A stretch of 64,000 nucleotides of DNA from Octopus sinensis (lineage: Eukaryota), in the NCBI RefSeq assembly GCF_006345805.1, contig NC_043000.1:16430001-16494000 (forward strand), in the 5' to 3' direction. The notes under the pieces were generated by a model that saw only the letters and a list, made by a program, of their open reading frames with translations, had not been told where the DNA came from and searched no databases. Numbering within the stretch: position 1 is the first letter of the stretch; each line of letters starts with the position of its first letter. The position numbers and the translations under genes were made by a program. Positions 36,755-50,217 of the stretch are shown here, piece after piece.

Positions 36755-37767
36755 AAACTTCTTTTAAATCCTAAATCACCTACACTAGAACACATATACC
36801 ACACCGAACCAACTGTAACCCTTTCTCAGTTTTATTTATTTATAAGTTGTTGTTGTTGTTGTTATTGTTTTGTTTTTTGTTTTTTTAACGACTTATGGAA
36901 GTTATATTTTTGCTGAGTCAGGTGACTCAGCACATTTCATTTTATCAGATTAAGTTGATAGCTTTGTTTATCAGATGAGAAATGTATTTAAATGTTTCTA
37001 TTTACATAACTATTATTTTTCTGTTTTTAACTTTTCATGTTTTTTCTCATTCAAAAACAACTTCTGTCGTCTTGTTGTAATAGCCGTCTTCTTGACATAA
37101 AATATTCCATTCCGGCACAATATGAAAAATAAATGAGTCATCGTCGAAACCTTTTTTACAGTTATTGTTGTTGCTGTTGTTTAGTTTACAGGTTATCCAT
37201 GATTAAGCAGATACATAATCCAACCGTGACCACAACATCTGTATTATATATAGAATTACAATAACCACATGAGGTTGCATATAAATATTTGATAAGCTAG
37301 ATACGAATAGTATTCTCTAACATGACATTATGTATTATTGAGAGCCTCTACGTGATCACTAGATCTGCTCGAAGTAGCAGCCAAACAACCCCAGATCACA
37401 TTCTACCGTCTTGCAAAAGACAGGAGACTTTAGATCATACAAGCAGAGATACGCGGCATTGCTCGGGATTAAAATGGCACAGTTTTTTTTTTTTGTTTTA
37501 CTTGTTTTAGACATGTGACTGCAGCTATACTGGTGTACTGCCTTTAGTGGAAAAATTGACCCCAAGATTTATCCTTTGTAAGCCTAGTATATATTCTACC
37601 AGTGTCTTTGCTGAACCGCTAAGTTACAAGGACGCAAACACAGCAACATCGGTTGTCAAGCGATGGTCAGGGAACAAACATACACACACACGCACACAAA
37701 TATACACATATATACGACAGTCTTCTTTCAGTTTCCGTGTACGTCAGCTAGTATATATATATATATA

Positions 37768-38670
37768 CTAGCTGACGTTCTCGGTAATTCCCAGGAAAGC
37801 GGGGTTTATCCTTTGGTTCCATTCTCATAATTGTTTTGCTAATCCAGTAACAACAATACAAAGTATGTAGCCCTTAAAATGGTTTTGTGCATTTAGAGAG
37901 AATACCGAACTGTCTTATACGAGATCTTGTTTTTAGGAAATCCCAGTAAGTTATGAATACCCAAATTGTGAAGTCATTTCATGTAATAACATAAAATTAG
38001 TTACCCGATAGTAAGAATTCAAATAAAGTAGCCCCGAAAAGGATTAAATGCAATCCCAGAGTATATAGAACATAGGAGTAAATACTAATAAGGTATGTAC
38101 ACTAAAATTGCGACGCATGTTATGTAATAAAAAGCTAATCAGATAAATAATAACAATTCAAAGTAAATAACTCTGAAAAGGGCTTTTGTGCATTCCCAGA
38201 GAATATTACCCTCAGCGGCACTAGTGTTGATATATCCGTGAATAAGTCACTAATCGAAATAAGTAGGTGTATTGTTTAAGAAAATGCTATTTACTTCTTT
38301 AAGGGTTGTACTGGATAAATTGCGAAAATAACTCTGACAGTTAAAATAATTAAGAAATAAACATAATCAATTTCATTTATACCAAATAATCTAGGAAAAT
38401 GAATAGGGCATTTTCCTTGGTTGTTAAAATCTAGGCGAATGGGTTAGTTCCCCTGCCTGTTAAAACGAAATATATTAGATATATATAAAGATCCCTTCTA
38501 GAGGCCCTATCATCGATTTTTTTTCAACAATCTGAGTATGCCATAAGGTTTCCAGACACGAGTTCTACTCACGTGTCAAGTTTCATCAAAATCAATAAAA
38601 CAATGTAGAAGTTAGCTAACAACTTCACAAACAGACAGAATTTCCCACATATGTATTATATATATATATA
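37768..38670 (-). mobile_element. Older non-autonomous Helitron-like element
   Basis: CTAG 3' end with degenerate hairpin; 5' region TATATAATACATATGTGGGAAATTCTGTCTGTTTG resembles the other Helitron starts. Confidence 0.55.
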
Positions 38671-38681
38671 TATATTATTTT

Positions 38682-39082
38682 TTACTATTTTACTTGTTTC
38701 AGTAATCTGAGTGTGGCCATGAGGGAACACAGACTTTTAGTTGAAGAAATCGACCCCTGGATTTATTCTTTGTAAGCCTGGTGCTTATTCCATCGATAGC
38801 TTCTGCCAAACTGATATGTTATGGGGACGTAAACACACCAACATCGGTTGTCAAGCGATGGTGGAAGTGGAGACAAACGCAGACACAAATACAACACATA
38901 AATATGTACATATATATATTTGTGTGTGTGCATTTATACACCCCAAATCCACTCACATGGCTTTGGGTAGGCCATAATAGGCTATAGTAGAAGACACTTG
39001 CCGAAGGCGCTATACAGTGGGACTGAACCCGGAACCATGTAGTTGGAAAGCAATCTTCTTTGCACACAGCAACGCCTGCACC
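38682..39082 (-). mobile_element. SINE family C, diverged
   Basis: Bipartite body. Confidence 0.78.
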
Positions 39083-39097
39083 TATATATATATATAT

Positions 39098-39600
39098 CAT
39101 CATCATCATCATCATCATCATCATTTAACGTTCGCTTTCCATGCTAGCATGGGTTGGACGGTTCAACTGGGGTCTGGGGAGCCCGAAAGCTGCACCAGTC
39201 CAGTCAGATCTGGCAGTGTTTCTACAGCTGGATGCCCTTCCTAATGCCAACCACTCCGAGAGTGTAGTGGGTGATTTTATGTGCCACCGACACAGGTGCC
39301 AGACGAGGCTGGCAAACGGCCACGCTCGGATGGTGTTTTTATGTGCCACCGACACAGGTGCCAGATGAGGCTGGCAAACGGCCACGATCGGATGGTGTTT
39401 GTTACGTGCCCACAGCACGGAGGCCAGTCGATGCGGTACTGGCTACGGCCACGTTCGGATGGTTTTCTTGTGTGCCACGTGCCACCGGCACTGGTACCAC
39501 AAAGATACAAATTCCATTGATGTTCATCTATTTTGATTTGTTTTGATTTTCACTTGCCTCAACAGGTCTTCACAAGTGTCACAAGAAGGAAGGTATGCAC
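39098..39600 (-). mobile_element. Retroposon 3' segment with (ATG)n tail and internal ~62-bp tandem units
   Basis: Homologous to 61128-61790; tail GCATGGAAAGCGAACGTTAAATGATGATG is shared with the SINE at 57161. Confidence 0.65.
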
Positions 39601-39742
39601 ATATATATATATATATATAACGCAAGGACATGGAACAAGTATAAAGAAAAAAATATTTTATCCTTTATATATATAAACTTTTCAGTATCTACACTTTGAT
39701 TAAAATGTATCTTTCTACTTGTTCTACAATACATTTCAATGG

Positions 39743-39800
<58 letters not shown>

Positions 39801-39994
39801 CCGATGTATATAATTCGTACATTACAAGTGCAATCTGTGAGTGGAACAGTAAAAATATGCAAAACTTTTGTCAAGTTCCAAATGGGAATTTGTCTGTGTT
39901 TACTACATCCCAAACATGGAGCCTTGTATCTTTGTTGGAAACCAGCTCCCTTCTCAGTGGAAGATTTAAAATAATTTAAAAAATAGAAGAGACA

Positions 39995-40105
39995 TACATA
40001 CATACAGACAGACAGATGGAAGAATAGATAGATAGATGGATAGATAGATAGATAGATAGAAAGATAGATAGACAGGCAGCCAGGCAGGCAGGCAGACAGA
40101 TAGAC

Positions 40106-40157
<52 letters not shown>

Positions 40158-40158
40158 G

Positions 40159-40196
<38 letters not shown>

Positions 40197-40249
40197 CAGA
40201 AAGATAGATAGACAGGCAGCCAGGCAGGCAGGCAGACAGATAGACAGAC

Positions 40250-40305
<56 letters not shown>

Positions 40306-40306
40306 G

Positions 40307-40340
<34 letters not shown>

Positions 40341-40381
40341 AAGATAGATAGACAGGCAGGCAGACAGACAGATAGACAGAC

Positions 40382-40412
<31 letters not shown>

Positions 40413-40445
40413 CAGGCAGCCAGGCAGGCAGGCAGACAGATAGAC

Positions 40446-40481
<36 letters not shown>

Positions 40482-40482
40482 G

Positions 40483-40520
<38 letters not shown>

Positions 40521-40573
40521 AAGATAGATAGACAGGCAGGCAGACAGACAGATAGACAGACAGATAGACAGAC

Positions 40574-40632
<59 letters not shown>

Positions 40633-40712
40633 CAGCCAGGCAGGCAGACAGACAGATAGACAGACAGATAGACAGACAGATAGACAGATAGACAGATAGA
40701 TAGATAGATATA
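39995..40712. repeat. (GATA)n/(GACA)/(GGCA) compound microsatellite with higher-order blocks
   Basis: Direct. Confidence 0.95.
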
Positions 40713-41111
40713 GTGGCTGTGGTCCAAATACTTCCAAGCGATTATGCGAATGGCAAGTCTCCAGGACTAGATACCTTCTCTACTGTAGGACTCTGTACAG
40801 ATGGACAAAGAAATCAGAGCGATTCAACCTGGTATCATAATCAATGGCGACAACCATAGACATATTGATCATCTTCGACCAAAAGATCGCCTGAAAGGAA
40901 GTCCAAAATCTATTTAAGTACAGGAACCTTCAAATGGAAATATCCAAGATGTTGAACTGGTGAGTGAAAACTTGGGACAAATGATAATTGACGCATTGAG
41001 TATGATAAAATATATGAACATAAATCGAAACGAAAGAAAAAACTACTAAAATTTGCAAATTTACTTACACTCAAAATTATAATAAGCCTTTCTACTGGAA
41101 ACACAAGGCCT

Positions 41112-41682
41112 CAAATTTGGGGGAGGGGATTAAGTCGATTACATCGACAGCAGCGCACAACTTGTACTTTATTTATTGACCCCGAAGAGACGAAAGCCAA
41201 AGTCGACCCCGGCAGCATTTGAACTCAGAACGTAAAGACAGACGAAATACCTATTTCTTTACTACCCATAAGAGGCTAAATACAGAGGACAAACAAGGAC
41301 AGACAAACGGATTAAGTCGATTATATCGACCCTGAAAGGATGAAAGGCAAAGTCGACCTTGGCGGAATTTGAACTCAGAACGTAACGGCAGACGAAATAC
41401 AGCTATGCATTTTGCCCGGCGTGCTAACGATTCTGCCAGCTCACCGCCTTCAATCAAAATAATAATAATGATTTCAAATTTTGGCACAATGCCAGCAAGG
41501 TCCAGCAGTAAGATGACTGCATCGACTTACCTCAGGACTCAACCGGTACTTATTTTAACGACCCCGAAAGAATGAAAGGCAAAGTCGACCTGAGTGGAAT
41601 TTGAACTCAGAACGTAAAAACGGACGAAACGCTGCTAAGCGTTTTGTCCGGCGTGCTAACGATCCTGCCAGCTCGCCGCCTT
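41112..41682 (-). mobile_element. Family-A SINE multimer plus adjacent copy
   Basis: Junction GACGAAATAC|CTATTTC near 41250. Confidence 0.82.
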
Positions 41683-41689
41683 CAATCAA

Positions 41690-41721
<32 letters not shown>

Positions 41722-41749
41722 TGATCACAACACAGCAGAAAGTGATAAG

Positions 41750-42056
41750 AAAATAGACAATACAGCAGAAAGTGGTAAGTGCAGAATCTGTGGGCAAAAT
41801 GGTGAAACCGTATGGCATATTACCAGCCAATGTACGCCACTAGCCCAGAAGGAATATAAAAGACGTCACGACAATATAGCCAGGCTTGTCCATTGGATAC
41901 TTTGCAACAAGTATGGACTTGATAGAGCAAAAAATTGGTACGACCACAAATCTGAAGACATCGTCGAAAATAGAAATGTAAAGATCCTATGGGATTTTAT
42001 GATTCAGTGCGACCATGAGATAGAGAATAGGAAGCCAGACATAGTCTTAATTGACT
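41750..42056 (+). pseudogene. R4/Dong-like non-LTR retrotransposon fragment (CCHC plus RLE start)
   Basis: Stop-free CRICGQNGETVWHITSQC..YKRRHD..KILWDFMIQCDHEIENRKPDIVLID, containing the RHD and PD..D endonuclease motifs. Confidence 0.88.
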
Positions 42057-43027
42057 ATGCTTCATGGGACAGCAGAGCTGATGATGATCATTACAAGAGA
42101 GTTCATTGGCCCCCACGAGTGGAACTGCAGCCAGGAATGTTAAATGTTCTCAAATAGCTTCTAGTAGATTCCAACAAAATCTTATTATCCCCACTTCATA
42201 TCTAACTCGGATTGGTAAAACAGTTTGTGAAGGCCTTAGATGTTAGAGGAGAAGCTTTTCAAGAAATTTGTCTTAGCTATCTGAGGCTAAGATCAAGGAT
42301 AGCATATTTGTTGGGCCCCAAGTAAATGCAATGTTAAAGTCGAAGAAACCGGGAAGAGCGATGACAAAAGTTGAAAAAGAAGCTTGGTGTGCATCTCGTG
42401 ATGTAGTTCGTGGATTCCTAGGAAATCACAAGGATCCTAATTACAAACAGCTGGTAGCAAAGCTTATTGAAAACTTCAAGAAAATGGGTTGTCATATGTC
42501 CTTAAAGGTTCATTTTTTGCACTCTCACCTAGATTTTTTCCCCAAAAAACTTGGGTGATGTCAGTGAGGAGCATGGTGAGAGATTTCATCAGGACATCGC
42601 AACTATGGAAAGAAGATACCAAGGACGATCGAATACTGCTATGATGGGAGATTATATATGGTCTCCAGTCAGAAGAGATGAAAATCTCGATCATCAAACC
42701 ACATCTCATCTTAAGAAAAGAGTTATCAAGGCATTTGCAGTGCAGAGTTTTATTGTTTCATTTTCTTCTAACTAATATTATACTTCCTAAATATCTAAAT
42801 ATGAAAAAATACTAAATGTTGTGTAATTATCCTTACAATACTAGAATAGATTGAACCAACAAAGAGCTGCAGAGAAAAGTTACGAATATAACGAGCAAAT
42901 ATGAAATTAGGAATAAATAAATAACTATCGATGTTACATCAAAACGAATGTGATTTTCTAATTTAGTTGCAAAAAATGCATATATGAACATTAAAAAATT
43001 CAAATAAACAAAACATGTTACATTGTG
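42057..43027 (+). mobile_element. Chapaev3/CMC-like DNA transposon 3' remnant
   Basis: Frameshifted LSPLHI*LGLVKQFVKALD / FLGNHK..MSLKVHFLHSHLDFFP / GDVSEEHGERFHQDI..MERRYQGR (CMC-type KxHxxxH and catalytic Glu); end reads ...TTACATTGTG. Confidence 0.65.
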
Positions 43028-45483
43028 TTATCAGCGACGTAGCTAGATTGAGTGTCGCCCGGATCAGCCCTTTTTGCATCAATACAAACCAATCAGAGTA
43101 GTGGACTCAACAGGGTGCAGAAGGGTGGCCGAAGGCTAGCTGTTATCTACTACGTCCATACTTATGTATATATAATAGAGAGAGGAATTTCTCTAAGCGT
43201 ACGCTACAAGCAGTAATCCAACAATAAACTTATTTTTTACTTAGTGACTTTGTAAGAGGGAGCAGCTCCACCGAGATCGATGAGCTTGATGCTGTTAATA
43301 CGCTGTTTACCGCTTTTGATACCAACCCACTTGAGATGCCCCGTTGTTCTATGATACAAGCATTGTTTTAAAGTGATCTAAATTATAACTGTAGAACGAC
43401 CGTGCGAAGGAGAGGTGACGAATGAATGGCTCCTTTAATACACCACATGGTCTATTACAATAAATGCGAAAAAGGTATAAATGAGTACAAGTGCCAGAAG
43501 GAAAAGAGACGACACAACCGGTAGGGTCCTCCACAAATAGCCCCCCACCAGTTATTTTGTAGAAGATAAAAGAGACGATAAAAAGTAGACATATCTGTAG
43601 CGAAGAGGTGAAATTAGAAAGAGCGGTTGGTCATTAAAATGAAAGGAAGCTGGCACTGGGTCACCAATTTGTAGACTTCCGTGTGAACATAGGGCTGGCT
43701 GCATGTTTCGAAATCACGTCGGGCTGTCACCATTTATAGAACAACCATGCGTAGGAGAGGTGACTAGAATGAATGGTTGATTACAATAAACGGTTGATTA
43801 CAATAAATGGAAAAAAGGTATAAATGAGTACAAGTGCCAGAAGGAAAAGAGACGACACAACCTGTAGGGTCCGCTAGATAACCTTCCATCAAAATTTCAT
43901 GTTAATTATTGTTTCAAATATTGACAAAGTTATTTTGCTAAATTCTTCTTTGTTTTTCAAAATTAATTGAAATAAAGATAGAGTTTGTCAACAACAAAAA
44001 AACCAGTAACACAAGGGTTAAACTGTTGCAGGTAAATGCCTGCAGGAAAGACATAATTAAGATAAAGATACAGAATACCTGTGTTCCAGAGAGGAAGGAC
44101 TGACTATCGGGATTAGTGTGGAGTCGGGGAGGGAAATTTGGGAGCAACACAGGTGACGAGAAGCGGAGAGATGAGACAACAATCCTTGAGATGTTGGATT
44201 GCTGTAGTTATTGGTGGACGTTCGCACCAGAAAATGCATGTCATTTAGATATAAGGTTTTGGCAGTATGAATTTCTGTGTGAAAATACCCCCAAAGTATT
44301 ATAGAATATCGATAACTAGGTGTCCAGTTTCTGAGACGGTAGTGGCGGCGCCAGGTTTATTACCTTAACAAACAAAATCAAAGATAAAAATCTAAAATAT
44401 TGCCTTTAAACAAATTTTATTTAGTCATCATTGTTACTGTCTGTTTTTTAACCGATTTTTTTTTTTTTGTGTTAAAAAAGCTAACTTTGCAACAACGTGG
44501 TTTTGGGTTCAGTTCCAGGGCAAGTGTATTCCACTATAGCCCTGGGCTGACCTATACCTTATGAATGAATTTGGTGGACGGAAACTGTGTGGAAGCCCGT
44601 CATATAAGTTATGTAGTGAAAAGGATTTGCGTTGATAAAATATTAATTTTTTTATTTATTTTTTTTAAGTTTTAAGAAAGTATTTATTTACCGTTACGTT
44701 ACAATACCTTGCCTTGACGGGCAGGTTCTGATGAATCCAAAAGCATACAAAGTAAAGTTTGTGTTTGTGTCCTCTTCATTGTTTAGTAGTAAATGCAGAG
44801 AGAGATAGAATGATGTTGTAAGAGAACAGAATTAGAGCTAGTGAGAGTTGTAGGGTGTGGGACGTTGTCTCACAGTTGCTGACAGTAAACTTCATTTCTC
44901 CCTCTGATCAAGGTTGGTCAGCCAGACTTCGTTGTCACCGAAGTGGCTAACTCGTTGAGTCGTCACCGACTGATTATTGCTTGGGATATTCTTGCTTTTA
45001 TAACTATCCAGAAGGATAGATATATCATTGCGAACAATAGATTTAGTTGGTAGTCTTGTTATCTCTATTATAGCTTTTGGTGAAGTAGAAGAGGTTAGAA
45101 AGGGTCAAGTGGTGAAGACATTATTTCGGCCTAGCTAAAGGCATCTGGAAAATGTAAAACTGCTGTCAGAAAAAAAACATTGTTCCACCTCGAGAAAAAG
45201 TTCTGTTGCAGTGTTAATTGGCTGTGATGGATCGAATCCACTCCATACGTGCAAGATCCACTACAGGTATATACGTATATATGTCTGTGTCTTTGTCTTT
45301 GTTTATGTCCCCATCCCCACCCGCACTGGCCGCAATCCAATGCATGAAACAAGTAAAAGATAAAAGAAAATGATTTGTAACTAACGACCAACAGAGGCAC
45401 AAGATCTACACATTGGGTTGAAAGGCGGATAGTTAATTTTATCCACCTGGTACGTTGTAAAATTAAAAAGCAAAGCAAATATA

Positions 45484-45646
45484 CGAGAGGTTGTTGAAAA
45501 GTTCCTAGTTTTCCCTCTCAGATTCACACACTTATTGCAGCGGTCCTTCGGTTTTTCTAAGCCCTGTAAAAGAACTCGGATGGTTGAGCCATCTACCAAA
45601 CCTTTTGCGAGACCCTTAAAGCCAGGAACTTTTCAGCACTCCCTCG
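45484..45646. mobile_element. Tc1/mariner-type MITE
   Basis: TA|CGAGAGGTTGTTGAAAAGTTCCT ... GGAACTTTTCAGCACTCCCTCG|TA. Confidence 0.85.
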
Positions 45647-46445
45647 TAACCAAATGCGACGCTCTGTCTGTTACCCCAATCCACCTGTCTAATTCTCCTT
45701 ATACATAATGCCCTTTTATATCAACAGAAAGCTATGAGTTGAGCATTGTAAGAGCATTGGATAGCATACCTCATGGAATTTTGTTCCGTCCCTACTCTCT
45801 GAATTCAAATCCCAGTAAGATCAATTTGATCTTTCATCCTTCCGAGATCAGTAAATACTGCTATTAAGGCATCAGGCGGATCAAATACTGCATTGTATTA
45901 TATCCGACTTCGTGACGAGGCTAGGATATGTGTTGTCCAAGAAAGACCTTGCGTTTGCCGCCTCCCCTACTCCTTACCGAGTCCCAAAATCTATACAGTC
46001 TTATACAGCAGACCCAAAAGTGCTACTGCCTTTAAAATGTCAACAGGGGAAGACTGCCGCCTCGTCCGGCTACCCGACTGCCAATACACAGCCCTGGATT
46101 GACGTCTGTGTATTTTTGTTTTTTTATGAGCTCCTAAAAAGGAAGAAAGGCAAAGTTGACTGACATCGGTAAGATTTGAACTCAGAGCTTAGAGAGACGG
46201 AACAAAAACTGCATATCATTCTATCCAATGCTCCAACGACTCTGTCAATTTGCCACCTTGACACAAATATACCGGTGGGGAAGAATAATCGATCTAATAG
46301 GAATAAGTACATTCTTACAAAGAAATCAATATACTTGAAGTCAGCACAGAAATTATCATATTTACATTGTGCCAATATTTGCAATTACAAAATCAATCCC
46401 TCCTACCTTGCGGTAGTGAAATGTTAGTTATATAGATTTTGCTCA

Positions 46446-47195
46446 TGTTGTTGTTGTTGTTGTTGTTGTTGTTGATACTGCTGGTGGTGGTGGTTGTGGT
46501 GGTGGTGCTGGTGTTGGTGGTGTTGGTGGTGACGCTGATGGTGGTGGTGGTGGTGCTGCTGATGCTGGTGGTGGTGGTTGTGGTGGTGGTGGTGGTGCTG
46601 ATGGTGCTGGTGATGGTGGTGTTGGTGGTGGCGCTGATAGTGGTGGTGGTGGTGGTGGTGCTGGGGCTGGTGCTGGTGGTTGTGGTGGTGGTGGTGGTGG
46701 TGATGGTGGTGGTGCTGGGGCTGGTGCTGGTGGTTGTGGTGGTGATGGTGGTGTTGGTGGTGGCGCTGATAGTGATGGTGGTGGTGGTGCTGGGGTTCGT
46801 GCTGGTGGTTGTGGTGGTGGTGGTGGTGGTGGTTGGTGGTGGTGGTGGTGCTGGTGATGGTGGTGTTGGTGGTGACGGTGGTGGTGGTGGTGCTGCTGAT
46901 GCTGGGGCTGGTGCTGGTGGTTGTGGTGGTGGTGGTGGTGGTGGTGCTGGGGCTGGTGCTGGTGGTTGTGGTGGTGGTGGTGGTGGTGCTGGTGATGGTG
47001 TTGGTGGTGGCGCTGATGGTGGTGGTGGTGCTGCTGCTGGTGCTGGTGCTGGTGATGGTGGTGTTGGTGGTGGCGCTGATGGTGGTGGTGGTGGTGTGCT
47101 GCTGGTGCTGGTGATGGTGGTGATGGTGGTGCTTGTGGTGGTGCTGGTGCTGGTGCTGGTTTGTTATTGCTGTTGCTATCGTCGTTGTTGCTATT
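46446..47195. repeat. GGT/GCT/GAT/GTT triplet low-complexity tract
   Basis: Direct. Confidence 0.9.
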
Positions 47196-47314
47196 GTGTC
47201 TTGTACTTCTTATACATCTAGTCAGTAGAATTTATTGCCTGTTGTTGTTTAACCAATGTGTCCTTCCTTTTATTAACACAGTAAGATGTCAATTGACTGC
47301 TATGTCTAATATAT

Positions 47315-48075
47315 CCTTTTCTACTCCAGGCAGAAGACCCGAAATTTTCGGGGAGGGGGCCAGTCGATCTGAAAGGATGAAAGACAAAGTCGACCTCGGC
47401 TGAATTTGAACTCAGAATGTAAAGGCAGACGAAATACCACTAAGCATTTCGTCCGGCATGCTAACGTTTCTGCCAGCTTGTCGCTATGTTTAATATCTTT
47501 TCCATTCTAGGCACAAGACCCGAAATTTTGGGGAAGGGGGTCAGTCGAGTAGATCGTCCCCAGTACGCAACTGGTACTTCATCCGAGAGGATGAAAGACA
47601 AAGTCGACCTCGGCGGAATTTGAACTCAGAGTGTAAAGGCAGACGAAACACCTATTTCTTTATTGCCCAGAAGGGGCTAAACACAGAGACGACAAACAAG
47701 GACAGACACACGGATTAAGTCGATTACATCGACCCCAGTGCGTAACTGGTACTTAATTTATCGACCCCGAAAGGGTGAAAGGCAAAGTTGACCTCAGCAG
47801 AATTTGAACTCAGAACGTAATGACAGACGAAATACCTATTTCTATTTCTTTACTACCCACAAGGGGCTACACACAGAGAGGACAAACAAGGACAGACAAA
47901 CAGATTAAGTCAATTACATCGACCCCAGTGCGTAACTGGTACTTAATTTATCGACCCCAAAAGGATGAAAGACAAAGTCGACCTCGGCAGAATTTGAACT
48001 CAGAACATATCGGCGGACGAAATACCGCTAAGCATTTCGCCCGGTGTGCTAACATTTCTGTCAGGTCACCGCTAT
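47315..48075 (-). mobile_element. Family-A SINE multimer cluster
   Basis: Repeated bodies, with junctions near 47650 and 47835. Confidence 0.85.
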
Positions 48076-49115
48076 GTCTAATATATCGTATACCGGAAAG
48101 CTCCCGCGTTGGCTCGATATATTTGTTATCAGTGATTCTCCTTTGAGACATTAAATTACACAGTTCTGTGTCTTTCGTTATTGCTTAGAACCCAAATGGG
48201 CTGGCTCTAATCACACAGAGGTATAATAAAAGACATTCAAGCTTTGACCATTAACCATCCAACTTCTCATTTTCGGAATTAGAGTACCATTGACTACGTT
48301 ATTCAGTGTCCTTTTTTAAGATAGTAGGGTGTGAATAAGGGAGATTTTCTAGTAGATCAAGCTGCTATTCTAGTAGATCAAGCGTCTATATTAAGGTTCC
48401 CGCTTGGGCATATTCTGTATCTGTAGTATGACTTAGACATTTGATTAATTAGGATTTGAATCACTGTTACCAATTTAACTCTTTAGGATCTAAATCCACA
48501 TCTTTTTTCATATACTCCTATGTCTGTCTCTGTACACGGATGGCCTTCTAAGCCTGCACTCTCCACTCCTGCCTCATCATCCTCCCATCCTAACTCCCTA
48601 CAAACAACCTTATTCCCACCTTTTTTCCACCCATCTTTTCTCATTCTTTTACATTAATTTGATGGAAGACTATCGTCCTAAAGAAACATCGGGGTGCTTT
48701 CACTTCTTTGTAAGTGTTTAACTAATGCATTTGTTCAGAGTGGTCCCTCTGTCTTCTTTTTGTGTTCATTATCTTATACATACATACATACATAATACAT
48801 ACATACATACATACATACATACATACATACATACATACATACATACATACATACATACATACATACAGCTGAGTAGACTGGAGCAATAAGAGAATGAAGT
48901 GAAATGAAGTGTTTTGCTCAAGAACACAACGTACAGCGGGTCTGGGAATTGAAATCACGATCTGACGATGGCGATTGCAACACTCCTAACCATTAGGCCG
49001 CGTGCTTTCACACACACGCACGCGCGCATGCACATGTGCATGTGTGTGCGTTGTGTGTGTAATATGATTCCTCTTTGCCATAGCGATACTAATAAGTTGT
49101 TAGAATACAATTTAT

Positions 49116-49552
49116 GGATCTTTTCGGTTTGAATGGCAGTTTTTTAAAATAATTTCCACGTAACTAAACACTTTTAAACTTCATATACTGGTAGAATGTG
49201 TTTATAAAACATATTTTTCTCTTGGCTTTATTGAGAAAATTCTGTAGTTTGTAAGATATTTGTTGTTGTTTTTTCTTCAATTTCTGCAATTTCAACCAAT
49301 CAATGACGTCTATTGAGGTAAAAAAAAAATTCTGTGCCGTATGAATATGTCCCTCGTTTAAGAAACAGATTGGGTTTATTTACATCTGTGAAGAAAAAAA
49401 AGATACCCTTCCTCCACCCCTAACCATAACCCTAACTAACCCTAACCCTAAAACAGATTGAAATGCAATAGATCGATACTAGGGTCATAATTATGGGTGA
49501 CGATTTCAAATGACACCGCTAGAAAAAACTTCCGGTCAAACCGAAAAGATCC
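49116..49552. mobile_element. MITE family M1
   Basis: TIRs; TSD CAATTTAT/CAATTTAC; (TAACCC)-like tract. Confidence 0.9.
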
Positions 49553-49819
49553 CAATTTACTATACTTATATTGTCTTTATGCAGTAAACCAGCAGTTCAG
49601 TACAAAGCGTAATATCAATGAAGAAATGATTGACAAAAGAACAGGAGACGTGTAATTATGTTCCACAAAAAAAAAACATTTTATTCAAAAGACTCTCAAG
49701 AAGCAATAAAATGTTGCCCTGGCATTCACTTCTAGGTGCATGCTTACTTATAGTAGAAATAGCTGTAAGCTAACGTGATTACATAATACTTATTCTTTTG
49801 CCATTCTTTTATTAAATGA

Positions 49820-50217
49820 CTAGCAGTATCGCCCGGCGTTGCTCGGGTTTGTAAGAGAAATAACTGTATAAGCATTTTTAGAGATGTAAAGTATAATAGC
49901 CATCTCAATATGGCTAACCACAAAGGATAGGGTGTTACTGTAGCTTTTTACGTTCTGAGATTTAATAATACATTTTTAGAGAGTTACTTCCCTTATATAA
50001 TAGCAAAAAAATGCATTAAAATGGAAAAAATGATGGTAATTTTTTTTTTAAATCGTAGACTCATTGTAGACGCGCGCTAATACCCAGAAGGGCTCGAGAT
50101 GAATCACTACTATAAGATACCCGGTTTTGGTTAAACTGCACCGCAAAATGTGGGAGTAGTTAGGAATCTAAATCGTAGGAGACAGACACCACACAACTTC
50201 AGTTTTATATATAAAGA
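49820..50217 (-). mobile_element. Non-autonomous Helitron H1
   Basis: TC...hairpin-CTAG at an A|T site. Confidence 0.9.

Noticed and set aside
44720-44760. CTGATGA as a hammerhead core
   Set aside because: No stem II or GAAA partner follows.
46439-47221. 260-aa Val/Leu/Gly ORF as a membrane protein
   Set aside because: Composition follows directly from the triplet repeat and changes at phase slips.
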